From Lentisphaerae bacterium RIFOXYA12_64_32 (GTDB lineage: Bacteria; Verrucomicrobiota; Lentisphaeria; Oligosphaerales; YB12-FULL-65-16): a stretch of DNA of 24,021 nucleotides. A model generated the notes under the pieces. It had not been told where the DNA came from. It did not search any database and saw nothing but the letters and a program-made list of their open reading frames with translations. Each line of letters opens with the position of its first letter. Within the stretch, counting starts at the first letter, position 1. Positions 1 to 7,276 of this stretch are shown here, in pieces. A program made the position numbers and the translations under genes. Where the stretch lies: the NCBI GenBank assembly GCA_001803235.1, contig MHBL01000202.1:1-24021 (forward strand). The letters are read 5' to 3'.

Positions 1-192
1 GCGCCGGCAGGGCCGGCAACAGTGCAATGAGTCGCCGCTTTGAGCGGCCCAAGCGAAGCGTCTAACAAACCACCGGCTCAGCCGGTGGTACGTGATTTCA
101 CGCCGTTGCGGGAGCGCGGCGCGCCGGCACCGCTCAAACGCATGTTGTCGGGGCAACGCGTCTCAGCCAAAGCGGCGTCGCCGTCCTGCTGT

Positions 193-2199
193 TCAGCAGG
201 ACTCTGCCGCCGCACTCCACATGGCGTCGGTGCGACGACATCGTCGTTCCGTCTGCTGGATTCGGTGCTGTCCGCTTCTCGCCAGCCACCCAAGCACCAC
301 ATGCCCCAAGCCTTTGCCAGCCGTGCGGCTGACGCCGCTGCGCGTCCGCTCGTGACCGGTGATCCACTCGAACTGCAGCGGCCCGAGTTCGTCGCACAGC
401 ACACGGTGCTGCGCGGCCAGCACCGGCAGCCACGGCCGCCAGTCGCCGAAGTGGAACTGCATGCCGTCGCGCGTGTTCCGGTCGCGGTACTGGTACTCGA
501 ACCGCGGCATGGCGCCGTACTCGATCTCGCGCAGCAGCCAGGCCGTGCCCCCCTCCGGACCACCGCCCTGCCGCGGATCGCCGAGGTGGTACTTCAGCAA
601 TCCGTGCACGGCGATCTGGAAGAACGGCACCCACTCGTCGGCGAACTCCGCAGGCACACCGCCGTTTGCCGCCCGCTGTGGTATGTGCCCCGCAAAGTCC
701 TGGTACGGGATAGTATAACCCATCACGTTCTCACAGCCGAGCGGTTGCCCGTCCATGACGCGCCGCGCGTACTGCAGCAGCGCGATCACGCCGGCGCCGT
801 CCGCGCGGCGGCTGCCGGGCACGTGCCCATGTCCGGCGGCATGACACGGTCGCGGCACACGCGGCATAGCGTCCAGGTAGAGGATCCCGTCCAGGCCCAG
901 GCGTTTCAGCCGCGGCAGATCGCGTTTCGCGAAGCGCAGCGCCTGACTCCCGCAAATGTAGTACATCTGTCCGCCGCTCCAGACGCCGCCGAGCACGAGT
1001 TCGCCGTCCCGGTCCACGGCGAGCAGGTCCGGGTCGTAGTCCGGCGAAGCCTGGTACATATCGACGTAATTGTCGTGCACCCCGACGCGGTGTCCGGCGT
1101 CGCGCGCCAGGCGCTGAAATCGGCGCAGTCCGGCGAGGCCGCCGACGCGCGGGTCGACGGGGAACCGGCGCGGGTACATGCCGTCATGCCCGTCCGGGCA
1201 CCAGCCGACGAACTCGTACGAGACGCACCCCAGGCCGTGGCGCTTGAACTCGGTCATGACCTCCGCCGCCTGGTCGAACGTCGTGAACAGGTCGTAGCGC
1301 CCCTTGCCGTCCGTGCGCCGCGTCTTGGAAGCCATGAACACCTTGCACGTGTGTGCCGTGGCCTCGTAGGCGAGCGCCGGACTGGCGGCAGCGCGTTCGC
1401 GCAGCGACCGTGCGCCGCGTTCGGCGAGCAGGTACTCGCGGTAGCGCTTCGCCATACCGACATAGCCCGCGTCCGTGCCGTGCAGGAACACGTATCGCAC
1501 CACGCGCTCGACCGGATCGATGCGGTCTGTCTTGTTCTCGCGGAAGTGCAGGTGCGGGTGCACCGTGTGCCGGTCGGTGCCGGCGACGTTCAGCCGCGCC
1601 ACCACCTGCGTGTCCCACTCGCCGCTCTCGAGAATGCAGAGGAACGCCGCGCCATCCTCATGCTTCATGCCGAACAGCGGCAGCATGCACCACGCCTCCC
1701 ATTCCCGCTGGTGCATGTAGACCCAGTTGCGGAGTTCGCACGACTGCGTCTTGGTACGGTCGAAGCGGCAGAGCGCGCCGGACGCGTTCGGCAGCAGCAT
1801 GTATCCCGGCTGGCCGCGCCGCGCCGCGCCGAAGTCGGGGAGCAGTTCGGCACTGAGCAGGCGGAACCGGTTCGCGTTGCGTTCGCGGATCCGCCGCGGC
1901 ATGGTGCGCACTTGGAATCCGTCCTTGACCAGGTGCAGTCCGAGGTCGAGTTCGATCGCGGTCTCGGTCCAGCGGACGCGGAGCGTTGCGGAGTCCGCAG
2001 CCCGGTCGCGCCGCACCGCGATCGTGCACGCGTCACTCGGCGCGGCGGTCGTGACCTGGCGGTCGAGCATGCGGTCCCAGGCGTGCAGGACGAGCAGCGG
2101 CCCGTCGGTGCGCCACGTCTTGGGGTTGGCGCGGTCGATGACGGTCAGCCCTGCATCTGGCCGGAACTCGAGCCGAATGCGATGGTTCTTGAGTTGCAT
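193..2199 (-). CDS. Hypothetical secreted or intracellular glycoside-hydrolase-like protein (N-terminal beta-sandwich region plus putative TIM-barrel; family not assigned)
   Basis: 668-aa ORF with ATG at 2199. A GGAAGG Shine-Dalgarno sits about 10 nt upstream on the minus strand. The sequence is aromatic- and Asp/Glu-rich with motifs such as GWCPDGHDG and HDNYVDMY, which resemble GH-like TIM-barrel families. The overlapping 778-aa plus-strand ORF 40..2376 is treated as an antisense artefact. The last ~50 residues are compositionally odd, so the true 3' end is uncertain. Confidence 0.55.
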   Translation of the reverse strand: MQLKNHRIRLEFRPDAGLTVIDRANPKTWRTDGPLLVLHAWDRMLDRQVTTAAPSDACTIAVRRDRAADSATLRVRWTETAIELDLGLHLVKDGFQVRTMPRRIRERNANRFRLLSAELLPDFGAARRGQPGYMLLPNASGALCRFDRTKTQSCELRNWVYMHQREWEAWCMLPLFGMKHEDGAAFLCILESGEWDTQVVARLNVAGTDRHTVHPHLHFRENKTDRIDPVERVVRYVFLHGTDAGYVGMAKRYREYLLAERGARSLRERAAASPALAYEATAHTCKVFMASKTRRTDGKGRYDLFTTFDQAAEVMTEFKRHGLGCVSYEFVGWCPDGHDGMYPRRFPVDPRVGGLAGLRRFQRLARDAGHRVGVHDNYVDMYQASPDYDPDLLAVDRDGELVLGGVWSGGQMYYICGSQALRFAKRDLPRLKRLGLDGILYLDAMPRVPRPCHAAGHGHVPGSRRADGAGVIALLQYARRVMDGQPLGCENVMGYTIPYQDFAGHIPQRAANGGVPAEFADEWVPFFQIAVHGLLKYHLGDPRQGGGPEGGTAWLLREIEYGAMPRFEYQYRDRNTRDGMQFHFGDWRPWLPVLAAQHRVLCDELGPLQFEWITGHERTRSGVSRTAGKGLGHVVLGWLARSGQHRIQQTERRCRRTDAMWSAAAESC

Positions 2200-2256
2200 G
2201 ACGTCGAAGCCTTCCTGTCAAGATCCGCACTGCGTCAGCACACGCACTTGACCGTG

Positions 2257-2285
2257 GCCGGTCGCCGGCCTACCTTCACCCAGAC
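2257..2285 (+). promoter_or_regulatory. Candidate sigma70-like promoter TTGACC-N17-TACCTT. The spacer contains the palindrome GGCCGG-TCG-CCGGCC.
   Basis: It lies in the 133-bp divergent intergenic region between the GH-like gene and the esterase gene. The match is by eye to the -35/-10 consensus only. Confidence 0.2.
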
Positions 2286-2332
2286 GCGAGCGCTTCGTGG
2301 TATTCGTGAGGCTATGAACCTGAGGTGTTTCC

Positions 2333-3661
2333 ATGCAAACAGCCGCCTTGATTCAACAATGCCTGTACGGGACTGACGCAGAACGGACCCAGGCGCTCTC
2401 GCTCATGCCCGATGACGACGGAGACCCGATTGCCCTGCTGCAATCGTGTATCGCCCGCAAGTGGGAGGGCCGCACGCCTGGGCTCTGCCTCGAGGACCAT
2501 TTCGAACTGCCGCACCTGCGTCGGCTTTACCCGGATGAACTCTTGAGTTTTTGTGTGCCCGATTCGTACGACGCGCAGACACCTGTGGGACTCCTCGTGC
2601 TGCTGCACGGTGGCGGCAGCGGCACACCGCGCGACACGGCCAAGTCGTGGCTGTTGCAGAGTGAGGCGCCCAGCAGCTACCACTTCGGCGCGCCGCTGGC
2701 AGCGCACTCTTTTGTCAGCGTTGCACCCAGCAACCTGCTGCGGCCGACGCACCAACGCTGGTCGAACCCCGAGTCGGACGCCTACCTGCTCGGCGTGGTT
2801 GAGGAAGCCGCATACCGTTTCAACATTGATCCGAACCGGGTTTTTCTCCTCGGGCAATCCATGGGCGGCTACGGCGCCTGTCACATCGTCCAGACGCTCG
2901 GCGACAGGTTCGCCACGGTCGGCTCTCACGCGGGCGCCTGGTTCTACGGTTTTTGGGAAGGTCTTCACGGCGTTGATTTCTACAATATGCACGGCGCGCA
3001 TGACGCCGTTCCCGGCACGCGGCCACGCTTCACGGACGTGGCGTTCGCACGCTTGGCCAGTGCCATTCTGAGCGGCCACCACTTGCCGCACACCTACGTC
3101 GAGCACCAGGGCGGGCACAGCCTCGGCGATCCAGCCGCGCGGCAGGCATGCCTCGACTTCCTGGAGTACATCAAGGCCAAGCAGCGAGATCCGATTCCGC
3201 CCCGGGTGGTCACCGCGTCGCGAAAGGGCGCGTTCAGTCTCTACGATTCTCCGCACTTCTTCTGGGTTTCGATCGACGAGACGCATTTCGGCACGTTTGA
3301 GCTCGACCATGTCGAGACTACGGAACCGCAGCCGTCGTACTGCACGACCAACTTCCGCCACCGCACTATCCGCTGCCAGGGCGGCACGGTGTCGGCATTC
3401 AACGATGGCGCGAACACGATCAGCATTCATACGCAAAATGTGTACGGCCTGACAATCTGGCTTAACCCTGGCATGGTGGACTTCGACAAGCCCGTCCGTG
3501 TCGTGATCAACGGCGAAACCCGCCACGACGCTCCAGTGCAGCGGTCGCTCATAACCGCCATCGAGTCTTTCCTGAGGCGCCGCGACCCGGGCATGCTCTT
3601 CAGCGCCAAACTCAGCTTCGACCTGAAGGTCGACGACTGGACGCGAATCCGGAGCGCCTGA
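2333..3661 (+). CDS. Alpha/beta-hydrolase fold esterase (GxSxG nucleophile elbow GQSMGG, HGGG oxyanion-type motif; PHB-depolymerase/feruloyl-esterase-like) with a ~150-aa C-terminal extension
   Basis: 442-aa ORF with ATG at 2333 preceded by GAGGTG 7 nt upstream. Motifs LLVLLHGGGSG and LLGQSMGGYG match the alpha/beta-hydrolase esterase pattern. Confidence 0.8.
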   Translation: MQTAALIQQCLYGTDAERTQALSLMPDDDGDPIALLQSCIARKWEGRTPGLCLEDHFELPHLRRLYPDELLSFCVPDSYDAQTPVGLLVLLHGGGSGTPRDTAKSWLLQSEAPSSYHFGAPLAAHSFVSVAPSNLLRPTHQRWSNPESDAYLLGVVEEAAYRFNIDPNRVFLLGQSMGGYGACHIVQTLGDRFATVGSHAGAWFYGFWEGLHGVDFYNMHGAHDAVPGTRPRFTDVAFARLASAILSGHHLPHTYVEHQGGHSLGDPAARQACLDFLEYIKAKQRDPIPPRVVTASRKGAFSLYDSPHFFWVSIDETHFGTFELDHVETTEPQPSYCTTNFRHRTIRCQGGTVSAFNDGANTISIHTQNVYGLTIWLNPGMVDFDKPVRVVINGETRHDAPVQRSLITAIESFLRRRDPGMLFSAKLSFDLKVDDWTRIRSA

Positions 3662-3787
3662 GCACGGCCCGGGACGTTCTACACGGGGGCGGGGGCTGTC
3701 CTCCCGGAAGCCGCGGTGCGCGGCACGAGCGAACTGCTGCCGCAGTCGCCGGAGGGCAATCCGATCCCCTCCATTCTGTCGCGCCGG

Positions 3788-4088
3788 ATGCGGACGCTGT
3801 CGTTCTGGGCCAAGGAGTTGGCTGATCCGGCCTGCCGTGCGCGGTGGGAGCGTTTGGCGCGCGGTGCGGAGTCGGCAATGGGTGACACTCGGGTGGAGCT
3901 GCTCGCGGCCAGTGCGCCGACGGCTGCCGGCGTGGCGCGCAGCGCCTGCCCGGACGTAATGCTGGTTCATGCCGGCGAACTGGATGGCCTGGTGAACGCC
4001 GGGTTGCTCCTGCCGCTCGGGCCGAATGATCCCATGTCCTGGTTCAATCCGGACGACGACTTTCGCGTCGCGCGGAACGCTGCAGTCC
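3788..4088 (+). pseudogene. Truncated remnant of a family-1 extracellular solute-binding protein (sugar ABC SBP paralog). It has no signal peptide and ends at a repeat element.
   Basis: The translation MRTLSFWAKE...DVMLVHAGELDGLVNAGLLLPLGP aligns with TLTFWHIM...DVFFTWGGGGLAELAAADRVVDLTP in the intact SBP at 16313..17614. Only about the first 100-130 residues are present and the upstream part is not signal-like. The reading frame then runs straight into REP-like copy A. Confidence 0.45.
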
Positions 4089-4162
4089 CGGCCGAGGGCC
4101 CTCGGGCCGGGACGGCCCCGAGGCGCTCTACTGCGGTCCCGGAGGTCCCGCGCCACTGTCGT
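4089..4162 (+). repeat. REP/MITE-like interspersed element, copy A (partial: 3' half only)
   Basis: CCGGCCGAGG..CTCGGGCCGGGACGGCCCCGAG..CTGCGGTCCCGGAGGTCCCGCGCCACTGTCGT matches the 3' half of the copy at 13803..13950 and the reverse complement of 17629..17743. It contains the conserved internal hairpin CTCGGGCC-GGGAC-GGCCCCGAG. Confidence 0.6.
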
Positions 4163-4178
4163 TCTCCGCTGCGTCGCC

Positions 4179-7100
4179 TTATGGCGCCTTTGCGGTGTCC
4201 GCAAGGCTGAGCGTCCCGGCGTTGTCCAGGTTCCAGGTCGGGCCGCTGGTGCCGACCCAGTTGATCCACTGGCCGTCCTCGGTCCGGAACACGCCGAGGT
4301 TGAACGGCAGCGCGGTGCCCGGCTTCGGCTCGATCCCGAGGGCCGTGAGCGGCAAGCGCCACTCCGCCTCCCAGCCGGCGCCGCCGACCGTGGCCTTGAA
4401 CCCGATGTCCTTCCCGAGGGCCTGGGCCGTGTCCGCCGGCGTGCCGGCCTCGGTGCTGACCTCGAACTGGCCCCCGGCAAACCCGTGGACAACCCACGTC
4501 GTCGGCTTGCCGTCGGCGAGTTTGCCGCGCAGGCAGACCTCGGCGCCGTCGTCCTGGCCCCACGTTTGACCGCGCGTCGGCGGTGTCGCGGCGCCGAACG
4601 GGACGGCAAGGTGCACGTACAGGGCCTGCGCGTCCCAGGCGACGTGCGCGGCGCACGGCGTGCCGGCGAGCGGTCCGCCGTCCGGGGTCTGGGCCAGGCG
4701 CAGCGGTTCGCCGGGCCATTCGCCGGCTGCCGCCGTACCGTCAAGTGTCGGGGCGGCGGCCGTGCGCAACGCCTGGGCCGTCGGCTTGGCGCGGTTGCTC
4801 CGGTCGCCTTTGAACGCGAGGCGCCCGCCCCGAGTCAGATCCCACGTCTCGCCCAGCGTGCCGGCCCACTGGATGTACTGCGCGTCTTCACTGCGAAAGA
4901 CGGTCAGATTGCAGGGCAGCAGGTCCTGCTGGCCCGGGTCGAACCGCAGCGCGGCGAGCGGTACGGCCCACTCGCAACGCCAGATCGTCTTCTCGACCCC
5001 GGCCGCGCACGTGACCGCCTTGGCCAGCGCGGCGGCCTCGTCTTCGGTCGCACCGCCGAGCGTCAGGCTCTTGAATGTGCCGTCCGCGAACCCGCGCAGG
5101 ACGTAGGTCACGGCGGTCCCGTCACCGCGCCGCCCTTCGAGCGCCAGTTCCGCGCCTTCGTCCTGCCCCCAGGTTGCGCCAAGCTTGCGCGCCTCAGGGA
5201 ACATGCTCACCACTGCCGCTGTGACGAACAGGGCCTGCCCGTCGGTGCACGCCCTGGCCGTGAGCGGCGCGCCGCGTGCGCGACGCTGGTCCGGGTTCTG
5301 GCCGAGGTCCAGGCCGTCTGCCGGCCACTCGTCCGTGTCCATGCGTCCGTCGATGCGCGGCGGCTTCTCGACCCGCGTCACGTTGCGTCGGACCGGAGTC
5401 TGGCGCAGTTTTCGTTCCGCCTCCGGCAAGGCGTCGGCCAGTTCCGGCTCGACGCCCGGCCGCACGATCAGGTTGTCCTTCCACTCGACCACGGCGTCCG
5501 GATCGTTGACCGTGAACTTGCCGCCGACGTGGAACGTGTTGCCGAGCACGTGGTAGTTCGCGCTGCGCGGCACGGAGAGAACCATGTCGTCCGCGGCGAT
5601 GAACAGGTTGTTGCGCAGCGTGCAGTTCAGCGTCATGTGGTTCTGGGTCGGCATTTTCACGTTGATCGACACGTTCCCCTCGACCATGCAGTCGCGGCAT
5701 TTCTCGTCCAGGTAGTAGGAAGACAAGCCGTAGCCTTTGCCGTGCTCTTGGATGTCGCGTACCACGTTGCGGCGAATGATCGTGCGGACTGCGTCACCCA
5801 TGTAGATGGCTGCGCCGTCGTGCAGTTGCTGCATGCAGCGGTAGATCAGGTTTTCCTCAATCACCACGTCCGTGCCGCCGAAGCACATCCCGGAGTACGG
5901 CGTGTCGTGGAGAACGTTTCGGCGCACCACGGCTTTTTCGCCGCCGCCCATCAGGCCGATGGCGCTGGCGCAGAGCAAGCCGATGTCGTGAATGCGGTTG
6001 CCCTCGACGCGCAGCTTGGGGCCGCTCACACGCATGCCGCCGCCGCCGAGGTGGTGCAGGTGACAGTCGACCACGGCGCAGTCGTCCTGGAGCCCGCCGG
6101 CTTGGATGGCGTACGCACCGGCGTTGGCGATCTCGAGTTCCGCCAGGCGCAGGCCGCGCCCGCTCGACGCCGAGATCAGCCCCGGCCAGGCGCAGCCGCC
6201 GAACCCCGCCGAGGTGAGCGGCGCATCCGTGGTGGAGAGGGTCATGCGGCGCAGCGTGAGGTTGACGACCGGTTTCTTCGCGTCGCCTTTGATCCGGAAC
6301 AGGACCTGCAAGCGTGGCGCGACAGCGAAAGCCTTAGTCATGTCCTCGTCGGGGCGCGGTCTGTAGACGACGCGCCCCGCGTCGCGGTCCAAGTACCACT
6401 GACCGGGCTGCGTCATGCCTTCGCGCACGTTCCAGACGGCGTACCGCTGCACGCCGAACCCGCCCGGGGGATGCCCGCACGGACTGGCCAGGGTCAGGGT
6501 CCGCGTCGCCACGTCGTGCGCGGCTACACCCACGGTCGACTCGTCCCACATGTGGTAGACGGTCACCTCGGCGTTCTTCACGCTCAGCCACTCGCCCAGG
6601 TCGCCCTGGCGATACTGGAGCGTGGTCAGTTCTTGTGGTGTGGGTTTGCGCTCCCAGCCGCCGCCGGCCGTGCTCATCCAGCGGACGGGGAATTTGGTCT
6701 CGTGCTCGAAGTGCCCCTCGGCCGGCAACCGCGCCCGGGGTCGGACCGCGTCGTCGATCACGAGCAGGCGGAAGAGCCAGTCCTTGCCGTTGTCCTTCGG
6801 GAGTGCGGCGGCCCAGAACTTCTCGCCGTCGCGCTGCCAGCCTTCGACGCGTCGCCCGCCGTAGACCGTCGTCTTGCCGGGGCCAGCGCCCTCGAGAGTC
6901 AGGTCCTGGTCGCGGGGGTCCAGTTCGATCGTGGCATCGACGAAGTGGCGCCCGGGCAGGAGCATGATGGTGCGGGGTGCGGCCGCCTGCCTGCGGCTCG
7001 CTTCGACCGCCGCCGCGATCGTCGCGAACGGCCCGTCCGTCTTGTCGGCAGCGATCTCCGCGACTCGGCCCGACCACGCGTCACGTCCGTCCGGCGAGAC

Positions 7101-7196
7101 ATACCACGTCATGGGTTTCTCCTCACACCAGGCTGCCGTTGCCGTGAGCAGGCCAGCCGCCCAAATACCGCGCGTCCACCACGTTCTTCCCGTCAT
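4179..7196 (-). CDS. Secreted right-handed parallel beta-helix protein (DUF1565/pectate-lyase-superfamily-like N-terminus) with two tandem C-terminal CBM9/DOMON-like domains; candidate polysaccharide lyase/hydrolase
   Basis: 1005-aa ORF with ATG at 7196 and a strong AGGAGGG Shine-Dalgarno 8 nt upstream. The N-terminus is signal-peptide-like (WAAGLLTATAA). It is followed by WYVSPDGRDAWSGR...GPFATI, typical of beta-helix proteins, and by repetitive G/N-rich beta-helix rungs. The C-terminal ~330 aa is an obvious internal duplication (WPADGLDLGQ...ATWGQDEGAELAL...FRSEDAQYIQWAGTLGETWDL versus WPGEPLRLAQ...QTWGQDDGAEVCL...FRTEDGQWINWVGTSGPTWNL). Confidence 0.8.
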   Translation of the reverse strand: MTGRTWWTRGIWAAGLLTATAAWCEEKPMTWYVSPDGRDAWSGRVAEIAADKTDGPFATIAAAVEASRRQAAAPRTIMLLPGRHFVDATIELDPRDQDLTLEGAGPGKTTVYGGRRVEGWQRDGEKFWAAALPKDNGKDWLFRLLVIDDAVRPRARLPAEGHFEHETKFPVRWMSTAGGGWERKPTPQELTTLQYRQGDLGEWLSVKNAEVTVYHMWDESTVGVAAHDVATRTLTLASPCGHPPGGFGVQRYAVWNVREGMTQPGQWYLDRDAGRVVYRPRPDEDMTKAFAVAPRLQVLFRIKGDAKKPVVNLTLRRMTLSTTDAPLTSAGFGGCAWPGLISASSGRGLRLAELEIANAGAYAIQAGGLQDDCAVVDCHLHHLGGGGMRVSGPKLRVEGNRIHDIGLLCASAIGLMGGGEKAVVRRNVLHDTPYSGMCFGGTDVVIEENLIYRCMQQLHDGAAIYMGDAVRTIIRRNVVRDIQEHGKGYGLSSYYLDEKCRDCMVEGNVSINVKMPTQNHMTLNCTLRNNLFIAADDMVLSVPRSANYHVLGNTFHVGGKFTVNDPDAVVEWKDNLIVRPGVEPELADALPEAERKLRQTPVRRNVTRVEKPPRIDGRMDTDEWPADGLDLGQNPDQRRARGAPLTARACTDGQALFVTAAVVSMFPEARKLGATWGQDEGAELALEGRRGDGTAVTYVLRGFADGTFKSLTLGGATEDEAAALAKAVTCAAGVEKTIWRCEWAVPLAALRFDPGQQDLLPCNLTVFRSEDAQYIQWAGTLGETWDLTRGGRLAFKGDRSNRAKPTAQALRTAAAPTLDGTAAAGEWPGEPLRLAQTPDGGPLAGTPCAAHVAWDAQALYVHLAVPFGAATPPTRGQTWGQDDGAEVCLRGKLADGKPTTWVVHGFAGGQFEVSTEAGTPADTAQALGKDIGFKATVGGAGWEAEWRLPLTALGIEPKPGTALPFNLGVFRTEDGQWINWVGTSGPTWNLDNAGTLSLADTAKAP

Positions 7197-7220
7197 CCGT
7201 TACGCCCTCCTGATGTTGCG

Positions 7221-7270
7221 GCCATCGACGGCAACCGACTGCAATCGACCGCGATCGACGGCAATCGAAT
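7221..7270 (+). repeat. Five tandem copies of a 10-bp unit (GCCATCGACG / GCAACCGACT / GCAATCGACC / GCGATCGACG / GCAATCGAAT)
   Basis: Read directly from the sequence. It fills most of the 80-bp spacer between the transglutaminase-like gene stop and the beta-helix gene start. On the minus strand it lies about 10 to 60 nt upstream of the AGGAGGG Shine-Dalgarno. Confidence 0.8.
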
Positions 7271-7276
7271 ACCCCA

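Noticed and set aside
40-2376. 778-aa plus-strand ORF overlapping the GH-like gene
   Set aside because: It is antisense to a better-supported gene. The product is Arg/Ala/Pro-rich and low-complexity with a TTG start and no Shine-Dalgarno. Long open antisense frames are expected at this GC content.
2312-4744. 810-aa minus-strand ORF spanning the esterase gene and beyond
   Set aside because: It is antisense to the esterase, which has a clear GxSxG and Shine-Dalgarno. The translation is Arg/Pro/Ser-rich junk crossing an intergenic region. It is a GC-frame artefact.
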